NCBI GenBank assembly: GCA_964016885.1
Contig: OZ024743.1
Span: forward strand, 315,704,001 to 315,768,000
Reading direction: 5' to 3'
From: Eledone cirrhosa
Taxonomy: Eukaryota
Length of the DNA: 64,000 nt
Part shown: piece after piece, positions 32,662 through 45,620 of the stretch
Position numbering within the stretch: the first letter of the stretch is position 1
How the letters are laid out: the number at the start of each line of letters is the position of its first letter
Notes under the pieces: generated by a model
What the model saw: the letters and a program-made list of their open reading frames with translations, nothing else
The model's database searches: none
What the model was told of the DNA's origin: nothing
Position numbers and translations under genes: made by a program

Positions 32662-35600
32662 ATGGCCATATTAAGAGTAGGATGTTTGAATGTTCGAGGC
32701 CTGGGGTCACCCTGGAAGCAGGGTCGCTTGCTCAACGACCTCCGTCAGCGAGACCAGAATTTCCGACACGCGCGCACTAGCCCCCATTTTCGACGACTAT
32801 CAGATCTTCGCATCTGTTAGCAGGCCGGGAATGGGGGGGGGGGGCAGTGCTGTTTAGGAAAGGACTGGATCTCGAGGTAAGGTCGATCTTCCGGGAACCG
32901 GACGGTAAGTTGGTGGTCTTGGATGTGAGCAGTAGCGAAGGTGGTGCCTTTAGACTGCTGGCCGTCTACGCCCCTACAGGGGCCAGATGACCTGACTTCT
33001 TTAGGCGCCTGGAGACCATTCTGGGTACGTCTCGTCTCGTCCTTTACTGTTAGCGGGGGACTGGAACGGCATCTTAGACGCACGCTGGGATTGTGTGGGA
33101 GTAGCCGATAGGAGCGGGGGGTGCAAAAGCCTCAAGCACCTACTCAGCCAGTTCCAACTGTCTGACAGGTATCAACTAGATTTACCCAATGTGCCAGTAT
33201 GGACATGGACCAACCGAATGGGGTCATCTAGATCGTATATAGACAGGATGTTCATTAGGAAAATAGATAGAAATAGTGTGGGCTGTCCACTTTTTAAAAC
33301 GGTCACCTATTCAGATCACAAAATTGTGATCTGTACGCTCGACCTAAATAAAACGCGTAGGTTAAGACGGGTTACTGGAAGCTGAACATGTCATTTCCGG
33401 CACGTAAGGCTTACAGGGACCGAGTCAACAATTTAGTTAAGCAAAAGTTGACAAGGGGATCATCAACAACAGATGGTGGGTGGCGCTCAAATGAGAGATT
33501 AGAGTAACTTCGATAGAGTTCAGCAAAGAACTAGCGTTAGAGAAAAATAGAATGGAGGGGGAGCTGGTAGATAAGTTAGACGAGGCTATTTGTAGTGGCA
33601 TCGCAACTGACGTGCTAGCGGCGAGAATGGCATTAGACCATTTCTTCAATGCCAAACACGAAGGTTGCATTGTCAGAGCTAAGGCGCGTGCGCTGAGAAA
33701 CGAGGGAACTAAAGCTGTTCGATGGGCCCGTGTGGCGGAGGTGCAGCGTGGTAATAAAACCACAATTCGATCTTTGGCGGACCGAGACGGACACGAGATA
33801 AGCGATTCCAAGCGGATGTGTGAGGCCTTTCGCCAGCACTTTGCTCGGTTGTTCAGTGAGAGTGGCGAGTCAGAGAGAGTAACGGATTTCAGTCCCTATG
33901 TTGACGGCTTGCCGCGTATCTCGACGGTCGACGCTGAGCGCTGCGAAAGGCCGATTACTTCAGCCGAAATTCAGGATGCCCTTGTCGGCTGCATGAGGCG
34001 CAAGTCACCCGGTTTGGATGGCCTGCCCTACGAGCTTTACGTAAATATGCCAGACTTGTTCTCCGAACTCATCGAAGCACTCTACTGCAACTGGCAGCAG
34101 AATGGGAGTATTCCCAGTTCTGTGAGCAGGGGAATGGTGACGCTGATAAGAAAAGACGAGAACAGGAGGGATACATTAGACAACTTCAGGGCCATAACTC
34201 TGCTCAACACAGAGTTTATGATTTTGGCCAAGGTATTAGCAAAGAGATTGGCGCTCGTCGTCGAGGATTTGGTTGGGGAGGCGCAAACTTGCGCAATCCC
34301 AGCCAGGTCCATACACGACAATCTCCACCTCATGCGATACATCATAGGGTGTAAACATGGCTTCTGTGGGACACTGAACAATTTAGATCAATCGAAAGCA
34401 TTCGATAGGGTCGACCATCGGTATCTGGAGTTTGTCCTCAAAGCAGCTGGCTTCGGCCCTGTCTTTAGAAGCTGGATCGTTGCAATGCACAGCGGCACAC
34501 GCTCGGTGGTCAAGGTTAATGGCCACCTCTCGGAACCATTTCGGCTCTCCCGATCGGTCCATCAAGGGTGTCCTCTCTCATCCCTTCTGTACGTATTGAC
34601 TCTCGAGCCTTTACTGCGGAAGCTGGAGCTGTTGCAGGGCATCCCGCTAGAACCGGGACGTGGAAAGGCGGTGTCGGCTTATGCGGACGACATCACAGTG
34701 ATGGTGTCGAACACCTCAGAAATCGAGGTGGTCGGCACCTTATTGAAGGAATATGAAAGGTTGACAGGAGCCAAACTTAACCCGGAAAAGTCGGTGGGCT
34801 TGCAGCTCGGAACCTGGAGAGGCAAGCCGATGCCGTCCAACAGCGTCGTGGGACGCTGGACGGACGAACCGGTAAAGTTGCTCGGGGTTTGTATCGGACC
34901 AGACTTCCATGTGGAAAAGAATTGGGACGAGGTAACGAGTAGAGTAGCCAGTCTCACCCAAAAATGGGCTGGGAGGAAGCTATCACTGAAAGGTTGCGCG
35001 GACGTGGCGAATGCGTACATCGCGTCCGTCATCTACTACCGCCTGACCCTCGTGCCTTGCCCCCGTCCGCGCCTCGTCAAGTTGGAACGGCTCGTCTTCA
35101 AATTCTTGTGGAGAGGACAAGTTCCGTTGGTGAGGCGGTCCATCTTTTGCCAGCACCCTCTACGCGGAGGGCTGGGCATGCCGTGGCTAATGATGCGCAG
35201 ACATGCGTTGAGGCTGCGACATCTCCAGATATTTTGCCTCAACGGTGAACAGGTGTGGTCGCCGTTTATCAGACGGGTCTTTCCGCAGCTCATTTCTTTG
35301 ACTGAGCTGCAGTCCTGGGTCAAGAAGAGACCGAGACTGGGTGACTGACACCTGGAATGTTGCCAGGCACTCACTGCCCTCTACCAAACGGGCAATGCGA
35401 TCAGTGGAACTTCCACTCTCGAGTTCTATAGAGGATTAGTGGTGGGCAAGTGCGATGACGCACTCGGAGAATCTTTGGGCCTGACGAAGTCGAACTGACA
35501 AGTCTGAACCGGAGGACTTTCGAGCCGGGGACGATGGACAATTTCCAGAAATCCCTCGCTTGGCAGTGCTACCGGGGGGCACTGCCGGTTCGGGATAAAC

Positions 35601-36051
35601 TCTACAAGCACGGAAGTGCTGTCAGACGGACGTGCCCAAGATGCGCACAGAACGACGAAACCGTTCTGCACGCACTTTTCCAATGTCCGTGCATTACTGG
35701 CTTGTGGAGTTATGTCGAACAGCTACTGTCGATGTGGAACGAATCCGGCTATCGGCCGAGTCCATAGTGAAGATCGATCCACCGCCTTCCTTAGGTCAGG
35801 AAGAGCAGGAAATTTTCCTCTGTCTGGTGGCAGTTGCGAAAGAGATTATATGGTGGACCAGGTTGAAAGGACTAAAGATAGACACTTTTCTCTTCGGCCA
35901 ATCAACTTCGATCAACTTCTTCAAGTTTCACCTGGAAAGGAAGGTGAGGGTGGAGAGAGAAGTGCTGCTCCCCAGGACATTTGCTAAAAGGTGAGTGAAT
36001 GTGGCGAGAATGGCTCGTGTGAATGGGCCTACTCTGACCATGCGCCTATAG
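32662..36051 (+). pseudogene. Copy B ORF2 (APE-RT), disrupted; 598-aa open RT segment at 33552-35348
   Basis: NFRAITLLN, LDQSKAFDRVDH, QGCPLS and AYADD RT motifs. Confidence 0.95.
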
Positions 36052-36322
36052 GCTAGCTAACTTGAGGAGAGGGGTTCTCTCTCTGGGTGCCCTAGAAACG
36101 CAGGGTGGTTCAGGATTGGTGGGGTACCCGAGTCACCCCAGGGTCGTCCACCCCCTATCGGGGAATTTATTTTGTTATATTTATGCATAGTTTATTTTAT
36201 ATTTTTATATTTTCATTGTTAAATTAGTCTTGCCATTGTGCACTTTTACTCGACCGTATTGTAAACCCCCACTGTCCCTGTCTTTGTATTGTCCCCTACA
36301 TGTCGGCCCTTGTGGCTAATAA

Positions 36323-36329
<7 letters not shown>

Positions 36330-36380
<51 letters not shown>
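36330..36380. repeat. (TAT)n tract between the tail-to-tail Tx1 copies B and C
   Basis: Direct reading. Confidence 0.97.
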
Positions 36381-36382
<2 letters not shown>

Positions 36383-39300
36383 TTCATATATTGGCCACAA
36401 GGGCCGACATGTAGGGGACAATACAAAGACACGGACAGTGGGGCTTTACAATGGCAAGACTAATTTAACAATGAAGATATAAAAATATAAAATAAACCAT
36501 GCATAAATATAACAAAATAAATTCCCCTATAGGGGTAGGCGACCCAGGAGTGACTCAGGTACCCAACCAATCCTGAACCACCCTGCGCTTCTAGGGCACC
36601 ACGTGAGAGCACCTCTCTCCTCAAATTAACTAGCCTATAGGCGCATGGTCAGAGTAGGCCCATTCACACAGGCCATTCTCGTCACATTCATCCACCTTTT
36701 AGAAAATTTACTGGGGTGCAGCACTCCTCTCTACACCCTCACCTTCCTTTCCAGGTGAAACTTGAAGAAATTGATGAGGGATTGGCCGAAGAGAAAAGTG
36801 TCTGTCTTCAGTCCTTTCAATCTGGTCCACCATATAACTTCTTTTGCAACTGCCACCAGACAGAGGAAAATTGCCTGCGCTTCCTGGCCAAAGGAAGGCG
36901 GCGGGTCGATCTTCACTATGGGCTCGGCCGATAGCCGGATCCGTTCTACACGCGACAGTAGCTGTTCGACATAACTCCACAAGGGAGTAATGCACGGACA
37001 TTGGACAAGTGCGTGCAGAACAGTTTCGTCGCTCTGTGCGCATCTCGGACGGGTCCGTCTGACAGCACTTCCGTGCCTGTAGAGTTTATCCCTAACCGGC
37101 AGTGCCCCCCGGTAGCACTGCCAATCGAGGGATTTCTGGAAATTGTCCATCGTCCCCGGCTCGAAAGTCCTCCGGAACAGACTGGTCAGTTCGACTTCGT
37201 CGAGGCCCAAAGCTACTCCGAGTGCGTCATCGCACTTGCTCACTACTAATCCTCTATAAAACTTGAGAGTGGAAGTTCCACTGACCGCATTGCCCGCTTG
37301 TTAGGAGGCAGTGAGTGCCTGGCAACATTCCAGGTGCCAGTCACCCAGTCTCGGTCTCTTCTTGACCCATGACTGCAGCTCAGCCAAAGAAACGAGCTGC
37401 GGAAAGGCCCGTCTGATAAACGATGACCACACCTGTTCACGTTTAAGCAGAATTTCTAGACATGTCGCAGCCTCAGCGCATGTCTGCGCATCATTAGCCA
37501 CGGCATTCTCCGCCCTCCGCGTAGAGGGTGCTGGCAGCAGATGGACCACCTCACCAACGCAAATTGTCCTCTCCACAAGAATTTGAAGAGAAACCGTTCC
37601 AACTTGGCGAGGCGCGGACGGAGGCAAGGCACGAGGGTCAGGCGATAGTAGATGACGGACGCGATGTACGCATTCGCCACGTCCGCGTGACCTTCCAGTG
37701 ATAGCTTCCTCACAGACCATTTTGGCGTTAGACTGGCTACTCTGCTCGTTACCTCGTCCCAATTATTTTCCACCTGGAGGTCTGGTCCGAACCAAACCCC
37801 GAGCAACTTTACAGTCCGTCCGTCCAGCGCCCCACAACGCTGTTGGACGGCATGGACTTGCCTCTCGAGGTTCCGAACTGCAAGCCCACCGACTTTTCCG
37901 GGTTAAGTTTTGCTCCTGTCAACCTTTCATATTCCTTCAATAAGGTGCCGACCACCTCCATTTCCTAGGTGTCCCACACCATCACTGTGATGTCGTCCGT
38001 ATAAGCCGACACAACCTTTCCACGTCCCGGTTCGAGCAGGATGCCCTGCAACAATTCCAGTTCCGCAGTAAAGGCTCGAGAGTCAATACGTACTGAAGGG
38101 ATGAGAGAGGGCACCCTTGACGGACCGATCGAGATAGCCGAAACGGTTCCGAAAGGTGGCCATTAACCTTGACGACCGAGCAGGTGCCGCTGTGCATTGC
38201 AGCGATCCAGCTTCTGAAGATAGGGCCGAACCCAGCTGCTTTGAGGACAGCCTCGAGATACCGATGGTCGACGTTATCGAATGCTTTCGATGGATCTAAA
38301 TTGATCAGTGCCGCACTGAAGCCAGGTTTACACCCTACCCTCTCTATGATATATCGCATCAGGTGGAGGTTGTCGTGTATGGACCTGGCTGGGGTTGTGC
38401 AAGTTTGCGCCTCCCCAACCAAATCCTCGACGACAAGCGCCAATCTCTTTGCTAACACGTTGGCCAAAATCTTAAACTCTGTGTTGAGCAGAGTTATGGC
38501 CCTGAAGTTGTCTAATGTATCCCTCTTGTTCTCGTCTTTCCTTATCAGCGTCACCACTCCCCTGCTCACAGAACTGGGTATACTCCCATTCTGCTGCCAG
38601 TTGCAGTAGGGCGCTTCGAGGAGATGGGAGAACAAGTCTGGCATATTTACGTAAAGCTCGGAGAACAGGCCATCCAAGCCGAGTGACTTGCGCCTCATGC
38701 AGCCGACAAGGGCGTCTTGAATTTCGGCTGAAGTAATCGGCCTTTCGTAGCGTCAGCGTCGACCGTCGAGATGCGCGGCAAGCCGTCAACGTAGGGACTG
38801 GAATCCGCTAATGACTCTGACTCGCCACTCTCCCCGAACAACCGAGCAAAGTGTTGGCGAAAGGCCTCAGACATCCCTTGGAATCGCTTATCTCGTGTCC
38901 GTCTCGGTCCACCAAAGACGAAATTGTGGTTGTATTACTACGCTGCGCCTCTGCCACAGGGTCTTTCGAGCAGCTTTAGTTCCCTCGTTTCTCAGCGCTT
39001 GTGCCTTAGCTCTGACAATGCAACCTTCGTGTTTCGCATTGAAGAAATGGTGTAATGCCATTCTTGCCGCTAGCACGTCAGTTGCAATGCCACTACCAAT
39101 AGCCTCGTCTAACTTATCTACCAGCTCCCCCTCCTTTCGATTTTTCTCTAACGCTAGTTCTTTGCTGAACTCTATCGAAGTTACTCTAATCTCTCTTTTA
39201 AGCGCCACCCACCATCTGTTGTTGATGATCCCCCCTGTCAACTTTTGCTTAACTAAATTGTTGACTCGGTCCCTGTAAGCCTTACGTGCCGGAAATGACA

Positions 39301-39901
39301 TTTTCAGCTTCCAGTAACCCGGTCCCAACCCACGCGTTTTATCTAGGTCCACTAAACAGATCACAAATATGTGATTTGAATAGGCGACCGTTTTAAAAAG
39401 TGGGCAGCCTACACTATTTCTACCTATTTTCCTAATGAAGATCCTGTGTATATACGATCTAGATGACCCTATGCGGTTGGTCCACGTCCACACTGGCGCA
39501 TTGGGGCAATCTAGTCGATACCTGTCAGACAGTTGGAACTGGCTGATTAGATGCTTGAGGCTTTTGCACACCCCGCTCCTATCAGCTACTCCCACACAAA
39601 CCCAGCATGCTTCTAAGAAGCCGTTCCAGTCCCCCGCTAACAGTAATGGGCGAGACGTACCCAGAAAGGTTTCCAGGCGCCTAAAGAAGTCCTGTCATCC
39701 GGCCCCCGTAGAGGGTAGACGGCCAGCAGTCTAAGGGCACCACGTTCGCTACTGCTCACATCCAGGACCACCAACTTACCGTCCGGATCCCCCCGGCAGA
39801 TCGACCATACCTCGAGATCCAGGCCTTTCCTAAACAGTACTGCCACCCCACCTTCCATTGCCGGCCTGCTAACAAATGCGAAGATCTGATAGTCGTCGAA
39901 A

Positions 39902-39903
<2 letters not shown>
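36381..39903 (-). mobile_element. Tx1/L1-clade copy C, 5'-truncated within the APE domain, inactivated
   Basis: Minus-strand ORFs 38888-39595, 37982-38698, 37456-37806 and 36731-37243 match ORF2 of A/B; 3'UTR most similar to copy B. Confidence 0.93.
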
Positions 39904-39941
<38 letters not shown>

Positions 39942-39951
39942 GTAATAATAA
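39902..39951. repeat. (AAT)n tract shared by the Tx1 copy C 5' end and the R4/Dong fragment 5' end
   Basis: Direct reading. Confidence 0.95.
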
Positions 39952-40461
39952 GATGGTGTGCAAGGATATTGGATAAAAAATATAACATCCCTCGACCCAA
40001 AACTGATAGCTATGTTCAATGACTGCTTGATGTCGGGTGAGGTACCAGAGTGGTTGACAAAAGGTTCCACAGTTCTGAAAATGAAAGACCGAATCAAGGG
40101 TAATGATGTTACCAACTATAGACCTATCACATGTCTATCCGTAATGTGGAAACTGTTAACAAGCATTGTGTCTGAGGAAATCTACCATCACCTCCAAATA
40201 AACAACTTGTCGGACGAACAGAAAGGATGCCGAAAGAAGTCCCGTGGTACAAAAGACCAGTTACTTATTGATAAGATGGTAATGAGGAATTGCAAGAGGA
40301 GACACACTGGTCTTGCCCTGGGATGGATAGATTACAAAAAAGAATTCGACATGGTACCTCATTCTTGGATAAGCAAAAACCTAGAGATCTTCAAGGTGGC
40401 AGATAACATCACACAGTTGTTGAGCAAAAGTATGAAGTCCTGGAAAACAGAGTTAAAATAG
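39952..40461 (+). mobile_element. R4/Dong-clade non-LTR retrotransposon RT fragment
   Basis: DGVQGYWIK, NYRPITCLSVMWKLLT, EQKGCRKKSRGTKDQLLIDK and WIDYKKEFDMVPHSWI, motifs typical of R4/Dong/Rex6 RTs. Confidence 0.8.
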
Positions 40462-41300
40462 AAAGATCCATTTTCTGTAGGCATAAAATAGCTACTAGAT
40501 TTACAAACTTCAAACCACCATGATTCGAACCAGCAATCCCTAAATTAGCACTGAACCACCTAGACTTTAACATATATAAAATTACACTTTCACACCGCTA
40601 TTAGCTATCAAACTGCCAACTGAACACAGGACCATAAATCTCTGTACACTTCTTTCACCCTCACCATCAATCTCATTAAGATAGAACAAACAACAAAACA
40701 TCTACAACGAACTGTCAACCCATAAATAGTATACATCAATTAATCTCTATTTTATTGTCTTTTATTTTATCGGACCCTCCACACAAATTTATCTACATCT
40801 CAAATCTGGCATCTCATGTTAGCACCAAAGAACACTTCCCCAAGAACTACTAAGATCTAATTCTAACTATACTGTCTCACTCTTTTATTCTTTTATTTCT
40901 TTGTATTTTCCATTTCCTCATTTTCTTCTTATTATTATTATTTTTTAATGTACCCTATCTTAAATTTTACTTGTCACTTTTTACATCTGTAGCTTCTCTA
41001 TCTATTTACCATACATGTTTTATTATTGATGTTGTTGTTTTAATTATATGCTATTATATTATTGATGTTACTGTTTTGTTTTACGCTACTCTTCTATATA
41101 AGTCTTGCCTCGAGTGAATTATTTTCATATCTATGTGCTCTGATGTGTTGACCAGTGGCAAACCATGTATTGCAGATCGATTGACGCAACCTTAAGTGAT
41201 TAGCGAACTCTAGACACACCTGATCAACGAAACAATTGTCAGTACTTTAAATAAAGCCCTTATTGTACAGCCAACCATGTTACACTTCTTTCTTTAACCA
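40462..41300 (+). mobile_element. Penelope-like element 3' remnant (ORF tail plus 3'UTR/pLTR)
   Basis: RSIFCRHKIATRFTNFKPP* resembles the CCRHRLNSTFKYKYKF end of the PLE at 62974; TATATAAG ~41095, hammerhead 41135-41245, AATAAA ~41250. Confidence 0.65.
41135..41245 (+). ncRNA. Type I hammerhead ribozyme motif with long stem II
   Basis: Stem I GTGCT/AGTAC; core CTGATGT (A9 variant); stem II GTTGACCAG...CTGATCAAC; GAAAC-AATT-GTC with palindromic stem III and GUC site. Confidence 0.7.
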
Positions 41301-41308
41301 TATATATG

Positions 41309-41339
<31 letters not shown>

Positions 41340-42243
41340 ATGTTTATATATATATATAGAGAGAGAGAGAGAGAAGGTGAAGTTGGAAATAGCGTGGAAA
41401 TATATTTTCTTTTTTTATCTTTTCTTTGATTCGTCAAAATGACATTATTGAAAAGGTGACATTATTGAAAAAATGAGAGGACAATTCTTTTTAAAAAAAG
41501 TTTTATAATGTATATTATAAAAAGAATTAATAGGAGTTAAAAACTAAAAATTAAAGATTTAAAATTAAAATTAAATGTTGGAGTAAGTTTTTTTTCCATT
41601 TTTCTTGCTCAAAATTAGGCTGGAGAATGAGTTCTTGTTAATAGAGAGGTGGTAGTGAAGATAGCAGCAGCTGTTTCTTCACAGAACAAAGTTGATTTTT
41701 TTTTGGAGGGGGGGGGGGGGCAAAGGAAACATCCTGTAAACATGTGTGTGTATATCTGATTGTATTAATTGACTGGTCAAGAGTTCAAAAGGAGATGGAG
41801 AATTGTAAGCTAGAGGTAAATTCTATGGCAGCAGCAGGAATATGGTTTTAGCGCGTGTGTGTATATATATAGTGTGTGTGAGGGTGTATATATAACAATA
41901 CACATATGTGTGTGTATTGTTTCGCCTGTCTGTCACAGGTCCCTTTAACAATACACACATATGTGTGGGGAGGGGGTGGGGGTTCAGCCTGTCTGTCACA
42001 GATCCCTTTGTGGTGGAAATTAAAGAACATTTTCTTTTCAAAATTCAAAAAATTCCCAGAACCTAAAAATTCCTTCAACATGGGGGTAGGGGTGCGTGTA
42101 TGTTTTCCATCTGTGCTGTCACAGGTCTCTTTGTGGTGGGAAATTTAAAAATGTTTTCTCAAAAATTTAGAAAATTGTCAAAATCTAAAATATATTTTGT
42201 AGTGTGTGTGTGTGCTTGGGTGGTGGGATCTAATGGGGGGTGA

Positions 42244-43475
42244 TTACATATTTAGTTTCGGTTTGAATTTGTTAATAAATAGTTTTTCCTTATTTATTCT
42301 TTGTTCTTGAGTGAAAGATTCGGAGCACTTGTAAAGGAGGAAGATTTTAAAGTTGGGGAGAGTCATTTCTGCACAACCTGCAATGTGGCTAATGAAGGGG
42401 ATTTTTCAAGTGTCTCTGATTTGTTGGCGATAGATGGTGATTCTTTTGCGTAATGACACCCCCGTCTCTCCTATATAGTTATGTCGACAGCCACCGCATG
42501 TGATTACATAGATCAGGTTCTCCGAGTTGCAAGTGAAGTTATTTTTCACTGTGAACGTTTGGCCATCTTTAAACGTGAATGTATGTACTTCAGTTAAGTT
42601 CCACAGTTTGTTCTTCCGCATTTTGTTAAAGTAAGGTTGGAGAGAGGTTTGTGTATCTTTGTTCCAGTGAGAATGTGTTTTAGTGATTTTGGTTGCCTTT
42701 TGGTTTTGATGATCTTGTGTGTTTCTAGAATTTTGTTCATTTTTTCATCTTTAAATAGAATGGGGAGGTTTTTGTGTAGGAGGTCAAACATTTCGGTGTT
42801 TCTGAGGTCGAACATTTCGGTGTTTCTGAGGTTAAACGTGGTTACATATGGTAAGGTAGTGTTTGTGGTTGTGCTTTGGGATGTTGGGTTGATGAAAATT
42901 TGCGTGTTTTGCTCTGTCTATTCCGTTATTAATTATGTCAAGTGGGAAGGCTCTTAAGGTAAGTGTGTTTTTTAGTTCAGTTAGTCTTTGTTACCGTTTA
43001 GCTGGGTCCGATACTATGGTGCATATACGTTTGGCTAAATTAAAAGGGATGTTAAATTTTGTATGTTTTGGGTGATTTGATATGAATAGGAGGTACTGTT
43101 TGGAGTCCGTTGGTTTGTAAAACATGTCTGTCTCTATTTTCCTATCTGTTTTTAGAATGAGAATATCCAGGAAGGCTAATTACTTGGAGTTGGATTCCAT
43201 TGTGAATGGTATGTTATTGTTAATGTTGTTAATCATATTTTTGAAAAGAGTAAGTGTATTCATGACTTCCTGCCATAGTATGAAGCAATCGTCTAAGTAT
43301 CTCTTCCAATTATTTTTGAGATGCGTAAGGAAAGAGTCTCCTAATAATAGAAGGGATTGGTTGTAGATTTGTTGTTAGTGGAATCCCATGACTAAGTTGG
43401 CGTATGTGGGGGCTACCTTTGTGCCCATTGGAGTTCCTGGGGTTTGTCGGTATGTTGAGTCATTGAAAGTGGAAA
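42244..43475 (-). mobile_element. Penelope-like element (Neptune-like), 5'-truncated RT plus GIY-YIG, disrupted
   Basis: Minus strand YRQTPGTPMGTKVAPTYANLVMG, WKRYLDDCFILW, FTCNSENLIYVITCGGCRHNYIGETG, EKLFINKFKPKLNM*. Confidence 0.88.
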
Positions 43476-44008
43476 ATCATCCAGGAACACACACACACAC
43501 AAACACTTACACTATTTTCGCACCACGCCACCATACACCGACACTACACAAAACACACACACACACGTGCGTATCTTCACAAACATACACTCAGCCTCCG
43601 GACTCCACACACACCCTCTCCCCCACCCCCTCTGACCCCTCTTCATTCACACGCACACACACACACCGACTTTAACCCCCCACCTATTACCTGAACATGG
43701 AACCTCGTTCTACCCCAACTCTCACATTCACATCCGCACGCACGCACACACACGTACACCTACACACACCACCTTCAGCCCTCACCGTTCGGATACCTCG
43801 TCTCCCTCTCCCGTCTCTACCCCCTCCACTCACCACCACCCCTACACGCCTCACACCCTTTTACCTCTTGTTTCATTTTAATTTTTTTGTTTTTTTTACC
43901 CTCTAAAAAAAATGTTTTCCTCCCTTTTCTCTCCCCCACCCCTTTAATGTCTTTCCACGCACCCCCTCATACTCCCCCTCACAAACTCTTTTGCTGCTCC
44001 CTTTTCTC

Positions 44009-44037
44009 CTGGTGAAGGGCTGATGCCCGAAACGTCG
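44009..44037 (+). ncRNA. Minimal hammerhead motif (mutated core) in a PLE pLTR-like segment (~43480-44130)
   Basis: CTGGTGA-A-GGGC TGAT GCCC-GAAACGTC. Confidence 0.6.
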
Positions 44038-44159
44038 TCCCCCACCCCTCATTCTCAAGCGTGAAACTAATATTAACATTTGTACTGCCTCTTCGCTTCC
44101 ACGTTGTTTTTTTGTTTTTTTATTTACTGTCTCACCTATAATATATATATATATGTATA

Positions 44160-45620
44160 TATTCGAATTCCGAATCAACATCACGGAACAGAGAAGGATC
44201 CACTGCAACTTCTACCGAAAGGCAGCCTGCAGGGACCTGTTCGTTCACTACAAGTCCGCCCTACCTAACAGTGCCAAAAGAGGATACATCACGAACGAGA
44301 TCGCGCGAATCAAAAACAGATACAGCGATCCCACGAGTGGTGTCACTCATACCAAGCGATTCCTCGAGGTGCTGGAGAAGAACGGGTACCCTACCTCGCT
44401 CACAGGCAGAGTAGGAGACACCAGACACAAGAAACAGAGAGGCACCCAAGGCAAGTGCTTTCTTAAAATGCCACACCTGGGCGAGAATACCACCAACACT
44501 ATCCGCAAGGCTATACGGAGGGAGGGCCTCGACATCCACCTGGCCCACTCGGGCCCCTCCCTGCGAAGATGCCTCTCCAGGAAACCCGGGAAATATACTG
44601 ACGCGTGCTCCCTCAGAGACTGCCCGATACGCAATGCGAACTGTATAAGATAGAATGTGACAGGTGCAACCAATACTATATAGGTAGCACAATCCGACCT
44701 TTGCACATCCGGATCAAGCAACACACTAAAACCAGGGCCTTGTCTTTCCGGAAACACATAGACAAATGCGGAAACAAAGACGGAAGGCCCATTGTCACAA
44801 TTCTAGCGACTGAAAGAAACGTCGGCACGTTACGTATCAAGGAAGCGCTTTTTATCAAACGCCTTACACCGCAAATAAACAATCGATCCGAGAGAAGCGA
44901 AATGAGGTGGCTGGTTTAAGTTAACAAACGATGCAGCAACGCACGCACACACACACACAAACGAGACAACTACACACGCACACGCACACACACACACAAA
45001 CGAGACAACTACACACGCACACGCACACACAGTAGCATTCCACCATACGAACATACTACACTGCCAATACAGAGGAACAAGGCAACAACACACACATACA
45101 CACTCAAGCGAGACAACAACACACACACACACACAGTAACATTTAACAAACAGGCAGAGAATGGACTGACAGCTAGCACCACCCCACTCCCACATTCGGC
45201 CGCTGACCTCTGCCCGACCGACCCCATTTCACACGCACGCGCGCTCTGCTGAATACCTCAGATATTCAAAACAACAAACAGCGGAGGACGCGTTTCGCAC
45301 CTTTCCGAGAGATAACCTTTCCCCCACCCCGGAAAACCCCCCAGTTGATGGATGTGAATCCGAAATATATAGGGACAATTAAATCTCTCCCAAGGTAACT
45401 CTCTCTCGTGTTCTTATTTTTATTTTATCCTTTATACTCTTTCCTTCATTCTTCTACACGTCTTATACACACCACGCATCTCAACGTACACCCACTTACA
45501 TCTCTCTCTCCACCATCGGATCTTGTTACCCGGAGATTTACCCATTTGCATTGTCGAGGCTTCCACACGACTTAAAGATATTTACCTATTATTCCACAAT
45601 GCTTCAAGCAAACTTCAATA

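Larger units (their letters stand above)
30454..36329 (+). mobile_element. Tx1/L1-clade non-LTR retrotransposon copy B, full length, inactivated, head-to-tail with copy A
   Basis: Starts after (TAT)4; ORF1 30676-32632, ORF2 32662-36051; ends GGCTAATAAAGGAAAT then (TAT)n. Confidence 0.93.
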
